From an uncultured candidate division Zixibacteria bacterium (GTDB lineage: Bacteria > Zixibacteria > MSB-5A5 > GN15 > PGXB01): a stretch of 64,000 bases of DNA. Every line of letters begins with the position of its first letter. The stretch's first letter is position 1. Both the position numbers and the translations under genes were made by a program. Shown piece after piece: positions 10,450 to 20,963 of this stretch. The DNA lies in contig OY969724.1 of the NCBI GenBank assembly GCA_963702205.1, forward strand, positions 2,048,001 to 2,112,000. Direction: 5' to 3'. The notes beneath the pieces were generated by a model. The model searched no databases and was not told the DNA's origin. It saw only the letters and a list, made by a program, of their open reading frames with translations.

Positions 10450-11409
10450 ATGGACGATAGACAAATTCTGGAATTTGAAAAACCGATCGCGGAACTCGAA
10501 AAGAAGATTTCCGACATGAAAGATTTCGCGGCCGGGGCCAATATAACTCTCGATTCTGAAATCACGTCGCTTCAGGATAAAGTCGAAAAGCTGCGCCATG
10601 AGATATTTTCCAGCCTGTCGCGATGGCAGAAAGTGCAACTGGCCCGGCATCCCCGGCGGCCGTACACTCTCGATTATATCCAGCACATGATGACCGATTT
10701 CGTGGAAATTCACGGTGATCGGTATTTCGCCGACGATAAAGCGGTCGTTGGCGGTTTCGCCAAAATCGACGGTCGTCCGGTGATGGTGATCGGTCAGCAA
10801 AAGGGGCGCGATACCAGGACCAAGCTATTGCGCAATTTCGGTATGATGAACCCCGAAGGGTATCGCAAGGCGCTGCGGCTTTTCAAACTCGCCGAAAAAT
10901 TCAGCCGGCCGATCGTAATTATGATCGATACACCCGGCGCTTATCCCGGCATCGGCGCGGAAGAACGGGGACAAGCCGAAGCCATAGCCCGCAACTTGCG
11001 CGAGATGGCGGTTTTAAAAGTCCCGATCGTGATTATTATCATCGGCGATGGTGCTTCCGGCGGGGCCCTTGGGATCGGTATCGGCGACCGGGTGTTCATG
11101 ATGCAGTACTCCTGGTACTCGGTGATTTCTCCCGAAGGCTGTGCCGCCATTTTGTGGCGCGATGCCTCTCATGCGCCGCAGGCGGCCGAAGCCCTGAAAC
11201 CGACGTCGGATGATTTGATGGCATTAGGCGTAATCGACGGTATCATCCCCGAACCACCCGGCGGGGCGCACAACGACCACAAGGCCGCAGCGGCAGCGGC
11301 GAAAAGTAAAATATTGGAAACACTTGCGGAATTGGAGAGTCTTTCAACAGAACAGTTGTTGGCTCAAAGGCTCGAGAAATTCCGAAAGATAGGCGTTTAT
11401 GGAGAGTAG
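10450..11409 (+). CDS. accA: Acetyl-CoA carboxylase carboxyltransferase alpha subunit
   Basis: LEFEKPI, ARHPRRP, PEGYRKALR, DTPGAYPG, SVISPEGCAAILW. Confidence 0.98.
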   Translation: MDDRQILEFEKPIAELEKKISDMKDFAAGANITLDSEITSLQDKVEKLRHEIFSSLSRWQKVQLARHPRRPYTLDYIQHMMTDFVEIHGDRYFADDKAVVGGFAKIDGRPVMVIGQQKGRDTRTKLLRNFGMMNPEGYRKALRLFKLAEKFSRPIVIMIDTPGAYPGIGAEERGQAEAIARNLREMAVLKVPIVIIIIGDGASGGALGIGIGDRVFMMQYSWYSVISPEGCAAILWRDASHAPQAAEALKPTSDDLMALGVIDGIIPEPPGGAHNDHKAAAAAAKSKILETLAELESLSTEQLLAQRLEKFRKIGVYGE

Positions 11410-11417
11410 GAGGCATT

Positions 11418-11585
11418 ATGGCACTCTCTAAGGAACTTTTGGAAGTTTTGGTTTGCCCCAAGAGCAAAGCGAAACTGAAATATGACGAAGAACACAACTG
11501 CCTGATATGTGAAGAAAGTCGGCTGAAATATCGCATTGAGGATGACATACCGATTTTGCTGATTGACGAGGCTGAAAGTTTTTAA
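11418..11585 (+). CDS. Trm112/YcaR family protein (55 aa, below the ORF-track cutoff)
   Basis: Translated by hand: MALSKELLEVLVCPKSKAKLKYDEEHNCLICEESRLKYRIEDDIPILLIDEAESF; GGAGG RBS. Confidence 0.9.
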   Translation: MALSKELLEVLVCPKSKAKLKYDEEHNCLICEESRLKYRIEDDIPILLIDEAESF

Positions 11586-11600
11586 GAATTGAGGTAACCG

Positions 11601-12014
11601 ATGAAGCTCTCTAAATTCTGTTCTGAAGACTTAATTTCGTTTGAACTCAAATCGAAGGAAAAAGACTCGGTTTTGGCCGAACTCGTCCAGTTGGCGGCCA
11701 AATCCAGCCTGGTTAAAGACGGCGATGCTCTGCTGAAGGATATCAGGGAGCGCGAAGAACTCGTGACGACGGGAGTGGGCTATGGAGTGGCGTTTCCTCA
11801 TGCTAAAACGACGGCCACCAAGGGTATCGTGATTGCTTTCGGGCGAAGCGAAGTTGGTATTGATTTCGACGCCATGGACCACAAGCCGGTCAATTTGTTT
11901 TTTATGATTGCGGCTCCCGAGGATGCCATCGGCGCACATTTGAACGTTATGGCGCGTCTGTCGTACATTATGAAATCTGAAGAAAACCGTCAGCAGATGA
12001 TGACGGTGACGTAG
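11601..12014 (+). CDS. ptsN: PTS IIA (PtsN/fructose-type) domain protein; the frame continues 12 codons past TAG to 12053
   Basis: REELVTTGVGYGVAFPHA phospho-His motif, FDAMDHKPVNLFF. Confidence 0.85.
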   Translation: MKLSKFCSEDLISFELKSKEKDSVLAELVQLAAKSSLVKDGDALLKDIREREELVTTGVGYGVAFPHAKTTATKGIVIAFGRSEVGIDFDAMDHKPVNLFFMIAAPEDAIGAHLNVMARLSYIMKSEENRQQMMTVT

Positions 12015-12080
12015 CCCGGCGAACTTCTTCAGATGCTTGACACGGTCGAATAGCGAATAAAGGACAAGGAGGTCTGATAA

Positions 12081-12872
12081 ATGACGGGAATCCTGACGGT
12101 TTTTGGGAAAAATCGTCGCCTCCTTGGATTTGTACTGGCCGGGTTGATTTTTCTCGGTATCGTATTTTCCCCCAATTTTCTGAGACCGCTGGCGGGTGAT
12201 GCCGCGTCACTTATAATTCTGTATCCCTTTTCCGAATTTAAAAACTATATAGTGGACTTGCAGGGAGTAGCATCGGAGAACCGGCGTTTGAAAAACGCGT
12301 TGACCGAAGTCAGCACGCAGCTTTCGGCCATGGCCGAAGCCCGTCGGGAAAATCAGCGCCTGCGCGAGTTTTTGGGCTTCGATCCGCCCGAAAATTCGCG
12401 GGTCGTCCCGGTGAAAATAATCTCCCTGGAAAATCAGATTTATCCGGTGTCGGCCTTGATTAACAAGGGCAGCAACGATTCGATACGGATCGATCAGCCG
12501 GTGATTAATCGCTTTGGCCTGGTTGGCAAAATTATGGATGTCATGCCCGGATTTTCGACCGTGCAGTTATTGACCGATCCCTCGAACGCCGTATCGGGGC
12601 GGGTCGCCGAAAGTCGGCAGTTGGGAATCGTGCGCTTTTCGCCGGTGCGCGGTATGTATTTCGACAATCTCCCGGCCGACGCGGAGATATCCAAAGGTGA
12701 CCTGATAATAACGTCCGGGCTGGGCGGTGTCTACCCGGCCGGACTTTCGGTGGCTACGGTGGATTCGGTCTTTGCCACCCGGGGAGAAATATTGAAAAAC
12801 GTCTATCTCAGACCGGCGGTAAACCTGAACGAGATCGACGAGCTGTACGTATTATTTAAAGGGCCGCAATGA
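12081..12872 (+). CDS. mreC: Rod shape-determining protein MreC
   Basis: TM, coiled coil ENRRLK/ENQRLR, GLVGKI, TSGLGGVYPAG. Confidence 0.93.
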   Translation: MTGILTVFGKNRRLLGFVLAGLIFLGIVFSPNFLRPLAGDAASLIILYPFSEFKNYIVDLQGVASENRRLKNALTEVSTQLSAMAEARRENQRLREFLGFDPPENSRVVPVKIISLENQIYPVSALINKGSNDSIRIDQPVINRFGLVGKIMDVMPGFSTVQLLTDPSNAVSGRVAESRQLGIVRFSPVRGMYFDNLPADAEISKGDLIITSGLGGVYPAGLSVATVDSVFATRGEILKNVYLRPAVNLNEIDELYVLFKGPQ

Positions 12873-13366
12873 GCGTTATACCGTACATATTGTATTTGTA
12901 CCTGCTGGGTTTTCATGTCACGATTTTATCGGACCTGACTTCCATATTCGGGGTCACGATCGATCTGGCGGCCCTGATGGTTTGTCTGATTGCGATTTAT
13001 AAAAGTGAACTGACCGCCTTGTGGTTTGCGATTGCGGCGGCTGTCATAGTCGGGACCTGGGCCGGGGCGCCTAATCTCGCAAATATCCCCTGGGAAATGC
13101 TCTTTTTGGGGGGGCTGGCTCTGGCAGTGAGGCATTTAAGTGTCCGATTGAATCTCGATTCGACGGCGTCAAAATTATTGCTCCTGGCCGGCGGTCTTTT
13201 ATTTCATCGGCTGGCCCTTACCCTGGTAATTTCACAGGCCGACTTTTTTACCCTATTGTACAGGTACATAATTCCCAGCGTCTTGTATACATGGTGCCTG
13301 GGATGGTTGTATTTTTTGTACCACGACGGCCGAATAACCTGGGCCAAATTTAAGGCTCTCTTTTAA
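12869..13366 (+). CDS. mreD: Rod shape-determining protein MreD
   Basis: 165-aa hydrophobic protein between mreC and mrdA; call rests mostly on synteny. Confidence 0.7.
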   Translation: MSVIPYILYLYLLGFHVTILSDLTSIFGVTIDLAALMVCLIAIYKSELTALWFAIAAAVIVGTWAGAPNLANIPWEMLFLGGLALAVRHLSVRLNLDSTASKLLLLAGGLLFHRLALTLVISQADFFTLLYRYIIPSVLYTWCLGWLYFLYHDGRITWAKFKALF

Positions 13367-13368
13367 TT

Positions 13369-15177
13369 ATGTCACCCTCGGTCACTCATAAAGAAGACAG
13401 AATTATTTTCGCGGGGATTTTTGTCCTGGCGTTGATGGTTCTGCTGGTCGGGGGTTTGGTATATCATCAGATATTAAAGCACGATCAATTTTATCTGGAA
13501 TCGGAGAGTAACCGCATCCGGGTCCAGCCGATTATTCCCAAGCGCGGTTTGATCTATGACCGCAATATGCAGGTGATCGCCGACAACCGCCTGTCTTTTA
13601 CGGTCTCAATAGTGCCGTTCGAAACGGTTAATGGCGTTACGGTACCGCGCCTGGCCGATCTTTTGGATTTGGATACGGCCGAGGTCGAAAAAAGGGCCCG
13701 CAGTAATTTTGTCAGTAATTACATTCCCGCTCCCGTCAAGCGTGGTCTGGATATTGGAGTGGTCTCCATTCTCGAAGAACAGCGTCGCGATTATCCGGGT
13801 GTGACGTATCGGGTTGAATCGGTGCGGCAGTACGAACGCGACGTTTCGGCGGAAGCATTTATAGGGCACCTCGGTGAAATATCTGCCGAAGAAATAGACA
13901 AGGACCCAGATGGAAGCCCGCGCGCCGGGAGCATGATCGGTAAGAAAGGAATTGAAAAAGCCTACGACCAGAATCTCCGGGGCATGGAAGGAACCAATTA
14001 TATGGAGGTTACGGCCCGTGGGCAGTTGGTCGGGCATTATGAAGGAAAGCCGAGTCTTCCGGCGGTAGCCGGCGACGACATCGTCCTGACAATCGATATG
14101 GACTTACAGCGGCGGATAGTGCAGATTTTCGACAGCCTGCAGTACAGCGGAGCGGTCGTTGCGATAAATCCCAGGACTGGCGAAGTGCTGGCCATGGCAA
14201 CCTTTCCCGGTTTTGACCCTAATATATTTTCAGGAGTGATTTCGCCGGAGACGTGGCAGGCAATCATTTCTGATACGCTCCATCCTCTGCTGAACCGCCC
14301 ACTGGCCGGGTTGTACCCGCCGGGTTCGACCACGAAACTCCTGACCGCCGGGGCGGCACTCGAATCGGGAATCATAACCGATATGACCACTTTTAAACCG
14401 TGCCTGGGCGGAATGAAATTCGGTGACCGGGTATTCCGCTGCTGGGACCCGGCCGGTCACGGCAAGTTGAGCATTTACGGAGCTATCGAGCAATCGTGTG
14501 ACGTCTATTTTTATCAGGTGGGGCAGATTCTCGGTGTCGACAATTTGGGTTCCTACGCCAGAAAATGCGGTTTCGGCAAAGAGACAGGGATAGACATCCC
14601 CGGCGAATTGAAAGGGATCGTGCCGAGTTCTGCGTACTATGATAAAGTATATGGGCGCCGGGGCTGGACCCAGTACCTGGTTTTGAACCTGGCTATCGGT
14701 CAGGGTGAGTTTACCATAACCCCGCTGCAACTGGCTCAGTTTTATTGCGGGCTGGCCGACAATGGAGCCGTTTATCGTCCGCATCTGGTCAAGGAGCTTA
14801 TTCACCACGATGGTTCAATCGAAGTCGTGCAACCGGAAGTCTCTTTTCACCTGCCCTTTTCCCCAAAGACGCTCGAAATATTAGAAACCGGGCTGGAACT
14901 GGTCGTGCAAGGAGAACACGGGACTGGCAAGCGGCTTAAAAACAAGAATTATCGAATCGCCGGAAAGACCGGGACGGCACAAAATCCGCATGGAGAGGAT
15001 CATTCATGGTTTGCCGGTTTTGCCCCGGCCGGTGATCCCCGGATTGTGGCCGTGGCTATCGTGGAAAACGCCGGGCACGGCTCCGAAGTGGCTGCTCCCG
15101 TCGTCGGCGAAATATTCAAAGCCTATCTGAACAGACCCGATTCGGTAATGGCCGGACGAGATGCGGAAAAGCAGTAA
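13369..15177 (+). CDS. mrdA: Penicillin-binding protein 2
   Basis: RGLIYDRN, PGSTTK (SxxK), SCD, KTGTAQ. Confidence 0.95.
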   Translation: MSPSVTHKEDRIIFAGIFVLALMVLLVGGLVYHQILKHDQFYLESESNRIRVQPIIPKRGLIYDRNMQVIADNRLSFTVSIVPFETVNGVTVPRLADLLDLDTAEVEKRARSNFVSNYIPAPVKRGLDIGVVSILEEQRRDYPGVTYRVESVRQYERDVSAEAFIGHLGEISAEEIDKDPDGSPRAGSMIGKKGIEKAYDQNLRGMEGTNYMEVTARGQLVGHYEGKPSLPAVAGDDIVLTIDMDLQRRIVQIFDSLQYSGAVVAINPRTGEVLAMATFPGFDPNIFSGVISPETWQAIISDTLHPLLNRPLAGLYPPGSTTKLLTAGAALESGIITDMTTFKPCLGGMKFGDRVFRCWDPAGHGKLSIYGAIEQSCDVYFYQVGQILGVDNLGSYARKCGFGKETGIDIPGELKGIVPSSAYYDKVYGRRGWTQYLVLNLAIGQGEFTITPLQLAQFYCGLADNGAVYRPHLVKELIHHDGSIEVVQPEVSFHLPFSPKTLEILETGLELVVQGEHGTGKRLKNKNYRIAGKTGTAQNPHGEDHSWFAGFAPAGDPRIVAVAIVENAGHGSEVAAPVVGEIFKAYLNRPDSVMAGRDAEKQ

Positions 15178-16398
15178 TGAGTTTAAACTATCGACAGCTC
15201 GACTGGAAATTAATCCTGGCCGCACTGATTCTTACGCTCGTTGGCATAGTGCTAATCTATTCGGCCCAGTACCGATTCAATGAGCGGTCATTCCCTTAGT
15301 TTTTATAAAAAACAGGCGTTCTGGATGGTGGCGGCGTTGATCGTCTTTGCCGTCCTCATACATCTACCGCTAAAAATGTTCGACTTTACGGCCTACCTTT
15401 TTTATGCCGTCGCCCTGCTGCTTCTTATCATGGTATTCTTCGTGGGGCATTCCCGTTCAGGGGCGGCCCGGTGGTTCGCACTGGGTTCGTTTCACCTGAC
15501 CCCGTCGGAGATCGCCAAGCTGGCGCTGCTGGTGGCCCTGTCCCGTTTTCTGGCGTTTACCAAGCTGCGGCCCGAATCTATCCGGAGATTGTTCGTGTCG
15601 GCGGCATTGACGGTTATACCCGTGATTCTGATATTAAAACAGCCCGATCTGGGGACGTCGCTGGTATTTGTGGGGCTTCTCTTCAGCCTCTGGTTTTGGT
15701 CGGGATTGCCAGTACTATATCTGCTGTTCATTATATCGCCGATAGTCTCGCTTCTGGCCGCGTTTCACTGGATTACATGGGTAGTTTATTTGGTGATATT
15801 GATTGTCGTGCTTCTCAAAACGAGGCCGTCGGTTTTATTCAGCGCCGGAGTTGTAATAACAAACCTGGCTTTCGGGATGATTACGCCTTTTTTCTGGAAT
15901 CGACTGGCCGATTACCAAAAGCTGCGAATTTTGACATTTCTCGACCCGGGCCGCGACCCGCGCGGGGCCGGGTATCAGATCATACAATCTAAGATAGCCA
16001 TCGGCTCGGGCGGTATCCTGGGCAAAGGTTTTTTGGGTGGTTCGCAAAGTCAGCTCAGGTTCTTGCCGGAGCGGCATACGGATTTTGTTTTTTCCGTGCT
16101 CGGAGAAGAGTTCGGCATGGTGGGCACGTTGATTGTCGTGTTCCTTTTCGGATACATTTTTTACCGGGGCATTATGATCGCCTCAAAATGCCGGTCCAAA
16201 TTCGCATCGTATCTGTGCTGGGGAGCGATGACGATATTGTTCTTCCAGTTCTTTGTTAACATCGGGATGACTATCGGACTGTCGCCGGTGACCGGGCTGC
16301 CCCTGCCGTTTTTGAGCTACGGCGGAACATCACTGCTGCTATCCTGGACCCTGATCGGGTTCATGGTTATGGCCGATTATTACTGGACGGAATATTAG
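15177..16398 (+). CDS. rodA: Rod shape-determining protein RodA, split by a +1 frameshift near 15273 (main ORF 15280-16398)
   Basis: N-terminal LDWKLIL...IYSAQY in the frame of 15177; PSEIAK, QPDLGT, PERHTDF, GLPLPFLSYGG in the frame of 15280. Confidence 0.93.
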
Positions 16399-16407
16399 GA
16401 GTTTGAC

Positions 16408-17955
16408 ATGAAAATATTAATGTACGGTGCAGTTATCGCATGTCTTATGGCTTCACTCGCGACAGCCGAAAACGACCCCGGGATATCGGACGTGCTGTCT
16501 CCGGATCAGATATATGCGACGGAAAATATACGGTCGTTCAGTCAAAGCGGGACGGTCAGGCTGGCCGGTTTGTCAGGAACTTTTGAATCGTGCTTTAAAG
16601 CCCCGGACAAGATGTATCAGTCAATGGATATGGGAATCATGCAAATGGCCCAGGGGTGCGACGGTCACGATGCCTGGATTCGCGACGCCAACGGCCAGCA
16701 GGTCGAACTGACGGGTATGGAATACAAAAGCGTCATGAATTCGATTTATGTCATGAACGGGACTTTTTTAAAAGACAAAACCGAAAAGCCGATATACGTG
16801 GGCCGGGATCTGATCGACGGTGAACCGTATATCGAATTCAAAGCGTACCCGCAGGGAGGTGACTCGGTATTTATGTATGTCGGGGAGCTGACGGGTCGGT
16901 TGGATATGGTGAAGTCATATCTGGACGAAATCTCTCTTATAACTCATTTCGGGGACTTCAGGAAAATCGACGGTTTTGAAGTCTCCATGAAAAGCTGGAC
17001 AGAGTCGTCGAACCCTATGCTTAACGACACCATGATTATCTCCGAAGCGAAAGTAAATATAGACCTTCCCGATTCACTCTTTGCCATGAATCCTGAAGTT
17101 TCGGAGGATTTTGACTACCCTCCCAATTTGGATTCAGTCGTAATTCCGATAGTTTACGAAAAGGGGTATATCGGTTTTCACGCGATGGTCAACGATTCGG
17201 TCAAGGCGCTGTTTATTCTCGATTCCGGGGCGGGGATGAATGCTCTGGACAAGCGGTTTGCCGATAAGTTGGGACTTGTGACGTCGGGGGAACTTCTGGC
17301 CAAAGGCGCTGCCGGTTATGGGCAGGCGAGCATCACGTCGCTGGATTCACTGGAGATCGGCGGGGTCAAGTTTCACAATCAAAAAGTCGCGGTTATCGAT
17401 TTTTACTCTCAGAACCTGAGGTTCGGCGATGACTTCGGAGGACTGATAGGATTTGATTTTATATCAAGGTTCGCCCTGAAGATCGATTTTTCCGCCAAAA
17501 CGCTGACGGTGTATAATCCGGACTCTGAGATTAACGAAGACCCGGCAGCCAGCATTCCTTTCAGGATGATGCTGAAAATTCCGATAATAGAGGCGAGTAT
17601 TGGCGGCTGCCAGGGTGATTTCCTGTTCGATCTCGGAAACCCACTGGGAATCATCCTGCGCAAAGCATTTTTGGATAGCTGTAAACTCGACAGCAGCGTG
17701 ATTGAATCCAAAGGGAATATGCAGCTGGGCGGTGTCGGTGGAACGACTTTCGCCGACATGGCGGTCGGGCATGATTTCAGGATCGGCGAGGTTGAAGTCA
17801 AAACGGTTCCGCTCGTGATAGCCGAAGGCGAGCAGGGACTTATTCGCTCGACTGACGTGGATGGCAATATCGGCACCAACTTTCTGGAGAAATTCACGGT
17901 TCTCCTGGATTACAGGGGCGGCCGCGTTTACCTTCTGCCCGGCAAAGGAGAGTGA
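16408..17955 (+). CDS. Secreted aspartyl protease with two retropepsin-like domains
   Basis: Signal peptide; FILDSGA...GLIGFDF and FLFDLGN...GNIGTNFL. Confidence 0.75.
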   Translation: MKILMYGAVIACLMASLATAENDPGISDVLSPDQIYATENIRSFSQSGTVRLAGLSGTFESCFKAPDKMYQSMDMGIMQMAQGCDGHDAWIRDANGQQVELTGMEYKSVMNSIYVMNGTFLKDKTEKPIYVGRDLIDGEPYIEFKAYPQGGDSVFMYVGELTGRLDMVKSYLDEISLITHFGDFRKIDGFEVSMKSWTESSNPMLNDTMIISEAKVNIDLPDSLFAMNPEVSEDFDYPPNLDSVVIPIVYEKGYIGFHAMVNDSVKALFILDSGAGMNALDKRFADKLGLVTSGELLAKGAAGYGQASITSLDSLEIGGVKFHNQKVAVIDFYSQNLRFGDDFGGLIGFDFISRFALKIDFSAKTLTVYNPDSEINEDPAASIPFRMMLKIPIIEASIGGCQGDFLFDLGNPLGIILRKAFLDSCKLDSSVIESKGNMQLGGVGGTTFADMAVGHDFRIGEVEVKTVPLVIAEGEQGLIRSTDVDGNIGTNFLEKFTVLLDYRGGRVYLLPGKGE

Positions 17956-18041
17956 TTTTAATAAATGGTTTTTTGTTGAAGCCAAACGTTAATTTATGAT
18001 TATAACGATTACATGAAACTTATAAATGAACAGAGTAAAAT

Positions 18042-18695
18042 ATGCTAAAGAGCCGAATATTGTCTTTGAGTGCTTTTTTGATTTTTCTGACTTTTGCCGG
18101 TGCCGCCATGGCGGACGAGGCCGACCCGTACGGATTTTTGTCCAAGAAATTTATCGGGGCCCGTCTCGGTGTCTGGGTAAACTCAGGGGATAGTCTCGCC
18201 CCGGGCAATAACAACGTTTCCAATACTACCTTTTATGGTGAATTCTTTTTTAGCCGCCATATCTGGCCCGCCATCGCGGGCGAATTCATAGTCGGCCTTT
18301 ACGGCCGGGGCAATGTTGAATTAACGAACGGGGGTAACACCTATCGTGGCCAGCTAAGTATCTATCCGATACTTGTCACGGCGAAATTTTATCCTCTGGC
18401 GGGGCTTCCAATGATACAGCTAAAACCGTACCTGCAGGCCGGGGGCGGGTTGATTGTCGGTAACCGCCCAACGTTCACGTATGTCGATGCTTATTATGGA
18501 TACGACGTCCAGCAGCAGACGAAGGCTGATATTACCTATGTGTTGGGAGCCGGGTTCGATTTCCCGGTCGCCGACCAGATTGCGTTAACGGCCAACTTCA
18601 GATATACTCCGGCCAACTTCGGGGGTGATTTTGACGGTGCAAAAGATTTTTCCGGTTACCAGTTCACTATCGGAGCCGGATACATTTTCAAATAG
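18042..18695 (+). CDS. Outer-membrane beta-barrel protein (OmpW/OmpA-like)
   Basis: Signal peptide, PYLQAGGG, alternating strands, terminal GAGYIF. Confidence 0.8.
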   Translation: MLKSRILSLSAFLIFLTFAGAAMADEADPYGFLSKKFIGARLGVWVNSGDSLAPGNNNVSNTTFYGEFFFSRHIWPAIAGEFIVGLYGRGNVELTNGGNTYRGQLSIYPILVTAKFYPLAGLPMIQLKPYLQAGGGLIVGNRPTFTYVDAYYGYDVQQQTKADITYVLGAGFDFPVADQIALTANFRYTPANFGGDFDGAKDFSGYQFTIGAGYIFK

Positions 18696-18725
18696 TACAT
18701 AATCTTAATTAGATCAGGAGGAAGA

Positions 18726-19715
18726 ATGGCTCTTAAGATCGGAATTAACGGATTCGGGCGCATTGGACGGTTGGTGTTAAAGGCTGCCCGCGATAAGGAC
18801 GTCGAAATCGTCGGCATTAACGATATAACCGATGCCGCGACGCTGGCGCATCTTCTGAAGTACGATTCCATACACGGGAAATATCCCGGCGAGGTAAGCA
18901 GCACGAGCAACGCTTTGGTGGTCGATGGCAAGGAAATCCCGATCAGCGCCGAACGCGACCCCGCCAATCTTCCCTGGGGTAAACTGGGTGCACAGGTGAT
19001 TATTGAATCGACCGGTATCTTCAGGGATAAGGCCGGGGCCGGAAAACATATCACGGCCGGCGCCAGGAAAGTCCTGATCTCGGCTCCCGCCAAAGAGCCC
19101 GATGGGACCTTCGTGATCGGCGTCAATGCCGATGAGTACGATAAATCCAAACATGATATTATCTCTATCGGCAGCTGCACGACCAATTGTCTGGCTCCGA
19201 TAACCAAAGTGCTCAACGACACGTTTGGCCTCGAAAAAGGCTATATGACGACTATACATTCGTACACCAACGACCAGCGCATTCTCGACCTGCCGCATAA
19301 GGATCTTCGCCGGGCCCGTGCCGCGGCCATGTCGATGATTCCGACCACGACCGGGGCGGCGCGCGCCATCGCGCTGGTAATACCGGACGTCAAGGGCAAG
19401 CTCGATGGCTGCGCCATTCGTGTGCCCACGCCCGACGGTTCGATGGTCGATCTGGTTGTCATGCTGAAAAAAGAGGGCAGTGTCGAAGACATCAACGCCG
19501 CCATGAAGAAGGCCGCCGAGGGCCCGATGAAAGGCATCCTCGAATATTGCGTAGATCCGATTGTCTCGACCGACGTGATCGGCAACTCCCACAGCTCCGT
19601 ATTCGATTCTCTTCAGACCATGAGTTATGGCAAGTTCGCCAAGGTGTTCTCATGGTACGATAATGAATGGGGCTTCTCGTGCCGTATGGTCGACATGGTT
19701 CAGCGCATGGTGTAA
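18726..19715 (+). CDS. gap: Type I glyceraldehyde-3-phosphate dehydrogenase
   Basis: GINGFGRIGR, SCTTNCLAP, WYDNEWG. Confidence 0.99.
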   Translation: MALKIGINGFGRIGRLVLKAARDKDVEIVGINDITDAATLAHLLKYDSIHGKYPGEVSSTSNALVVDGKEIPISAERDPANLPWGKLGAQVIIESTGIFRDKAGAGKHITAGARKVLISAPAKEPDGTFVIGVNADEYDKSKHDIISIGSCTTNCLAPITKVLNDTFGLEKGYMTTIHSYTNDQRILDLPHKDLRRARAAAMSMIPTTTGAARAIALVIPDVKGKLDGCAIRVPTPDGSMVDLVVMLKKEGSVEDINAAMKKAAEGPMKGILEYCVDPIVSTDVIGNSHSSVFDSLQTMSYGKFAKVFSWYDNEWGFSCRMVDMVQRMV

Positions 19716-19748
19716 TAGATTAGTACCCGTTGACAAACGAGGTTTGAA

Positions 19749-20963
19749 ATGAATAAGCTTTCTATTTCCGACATGAATTACAGTGGGAAGAGGGTCCTGA
19801 TCCGCGTCGATTTCAATGTGCCGCTCGACGATCATCAGAAAATCACCGATGACCGGCGTATTGTGGCTTCCCTGCCGACTATCAGGAAAGTAATAAATGA
19901 CGGTGGCAAGGCCATTCTCTGCTCTCACCTGGGCCGCCCCAAGGGCAAAGTGGCGCCGGAGATGTCTTTAAAGCCGGTCGCGAAGCATCTTTCCAAACTG
20001 CTCAACCAGGAAGTCAAGTTCGCTCCGGACTGTATCGGGCCGGATACATCGGAGATGATTTATTCCATGAAACCGGGGGACGTATTATTGCTGGAGAATC
20101 TCCGGTTCCATAAGGAAGAAACCGACAATGATATCGGTTTTGCCACGCAGCTGGCGGCTCATGCCGAGATGTACATCAACGATGCTTTCGGCTCGGCCCA
20201 CCGGGCGCACGCGTCGACGGAGGGCGTCACGAGGTTTATCGATTCCTGTGCCGCCGGACACCTTATGGAAAAAGAATTGAAATATCTCGGCGGCGCCCTG
20301 AGCGATCCGAAACGGCCGTTCGTGGCTATTCTGGGTGGCGCCAAGATTTCCGGCAAGATCGACGTGATTGAAAACCTGATGGATATGGTCGAAGCCATTC
20401 TTATAGGGGGCGGAATGATCTTCACGTTCTTCAAAGCGATGGGCAAGAATATCGGTCAGTCTTTGCTGGAAGAAGACAAAGTCGAGCTGGCCGGAGAAAT
20501 CCTGAACAAGGCCAAAAAGAAAAAAGTGAAATTGATCCTTCCGACCGACTGTGTGATTGCTCCTGAAATCGATGAAGCGGCCGAAAGCAAAGTGGTTTCG
20601 GTCGATGCCATCCCCGATAACATGAAAGGACTGGACATCGGTCCGGACACTCTTAAGCTGTTCAAAGATGAACTATCTTCAGCTAAGACGGTAGTCTGGA
20701 ACGGCCCGATGGGTGTCTTTGAAGTGAGTAAATTCGCCAGAGGTACAATCGAAATCGCCAAAATCCTGGCAGAAATCACAGCCAAAGGTGCAATTACTAT
20801 TGTCGGTGGCGGCGATTCTGCGTCGGCCGTGAAAAAAGCCGGGCTCGATGGCAAACTGAGCCATATTTCAACCGGTGGGGGAGCTTCGCTGGAATTTCTC
20901 GAAGGCAAAACTTTGCCGGGAGTGGCGGCGCTTTCCGAAGCCAGGGTGGTGGCACAAAGATGA
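19749..20963 (+). CDS. pgk: Phosphoglycerate kinase
   Basis: [29 protein letters not shown]. Confidence 0.99.
   Translation: MNKLSISDMNYSGKRVLIRVDFNVPLDDHQKITDDRRIVASLPTIRKVINDGGKAILCSHLGRPKGKVAPEMSLKPVAKHLSKLLNQEVKFAPDCIGPDTSEMIYSMKPGDVLLLENLRFHKEETDNDIGFATQLAAHAEMYINDAFGSAHRAHASTEGVTRFIDSCAAGHLMEKELKYLGGALSDPKRPFVAILGGAKISGKIDVIENLMDMVEAILIGGGMIFTFFKAMGKNIGQSLLEEDKVELAGEILNKAKKKKVKLILPTDCVIAPEIDEAAESKVVSVDAIPDNMKGLDIGPDTLKLFKDELSSAKTVVWNGPMGVFEVSKFARGTIEIAKILAEITAKGAITIVGGGDSASAVKKAGLDGKLSHISTGGGASLEFLEGKTLPGVAALSEARVVAQR

Noticed and set aside
12012..12014. Genome-wide TAG recoding or pyrrolysine
   Set aside because: accA, tpiA, secG and rodA end in TAG at the expected lengths; no pyl genes in the window
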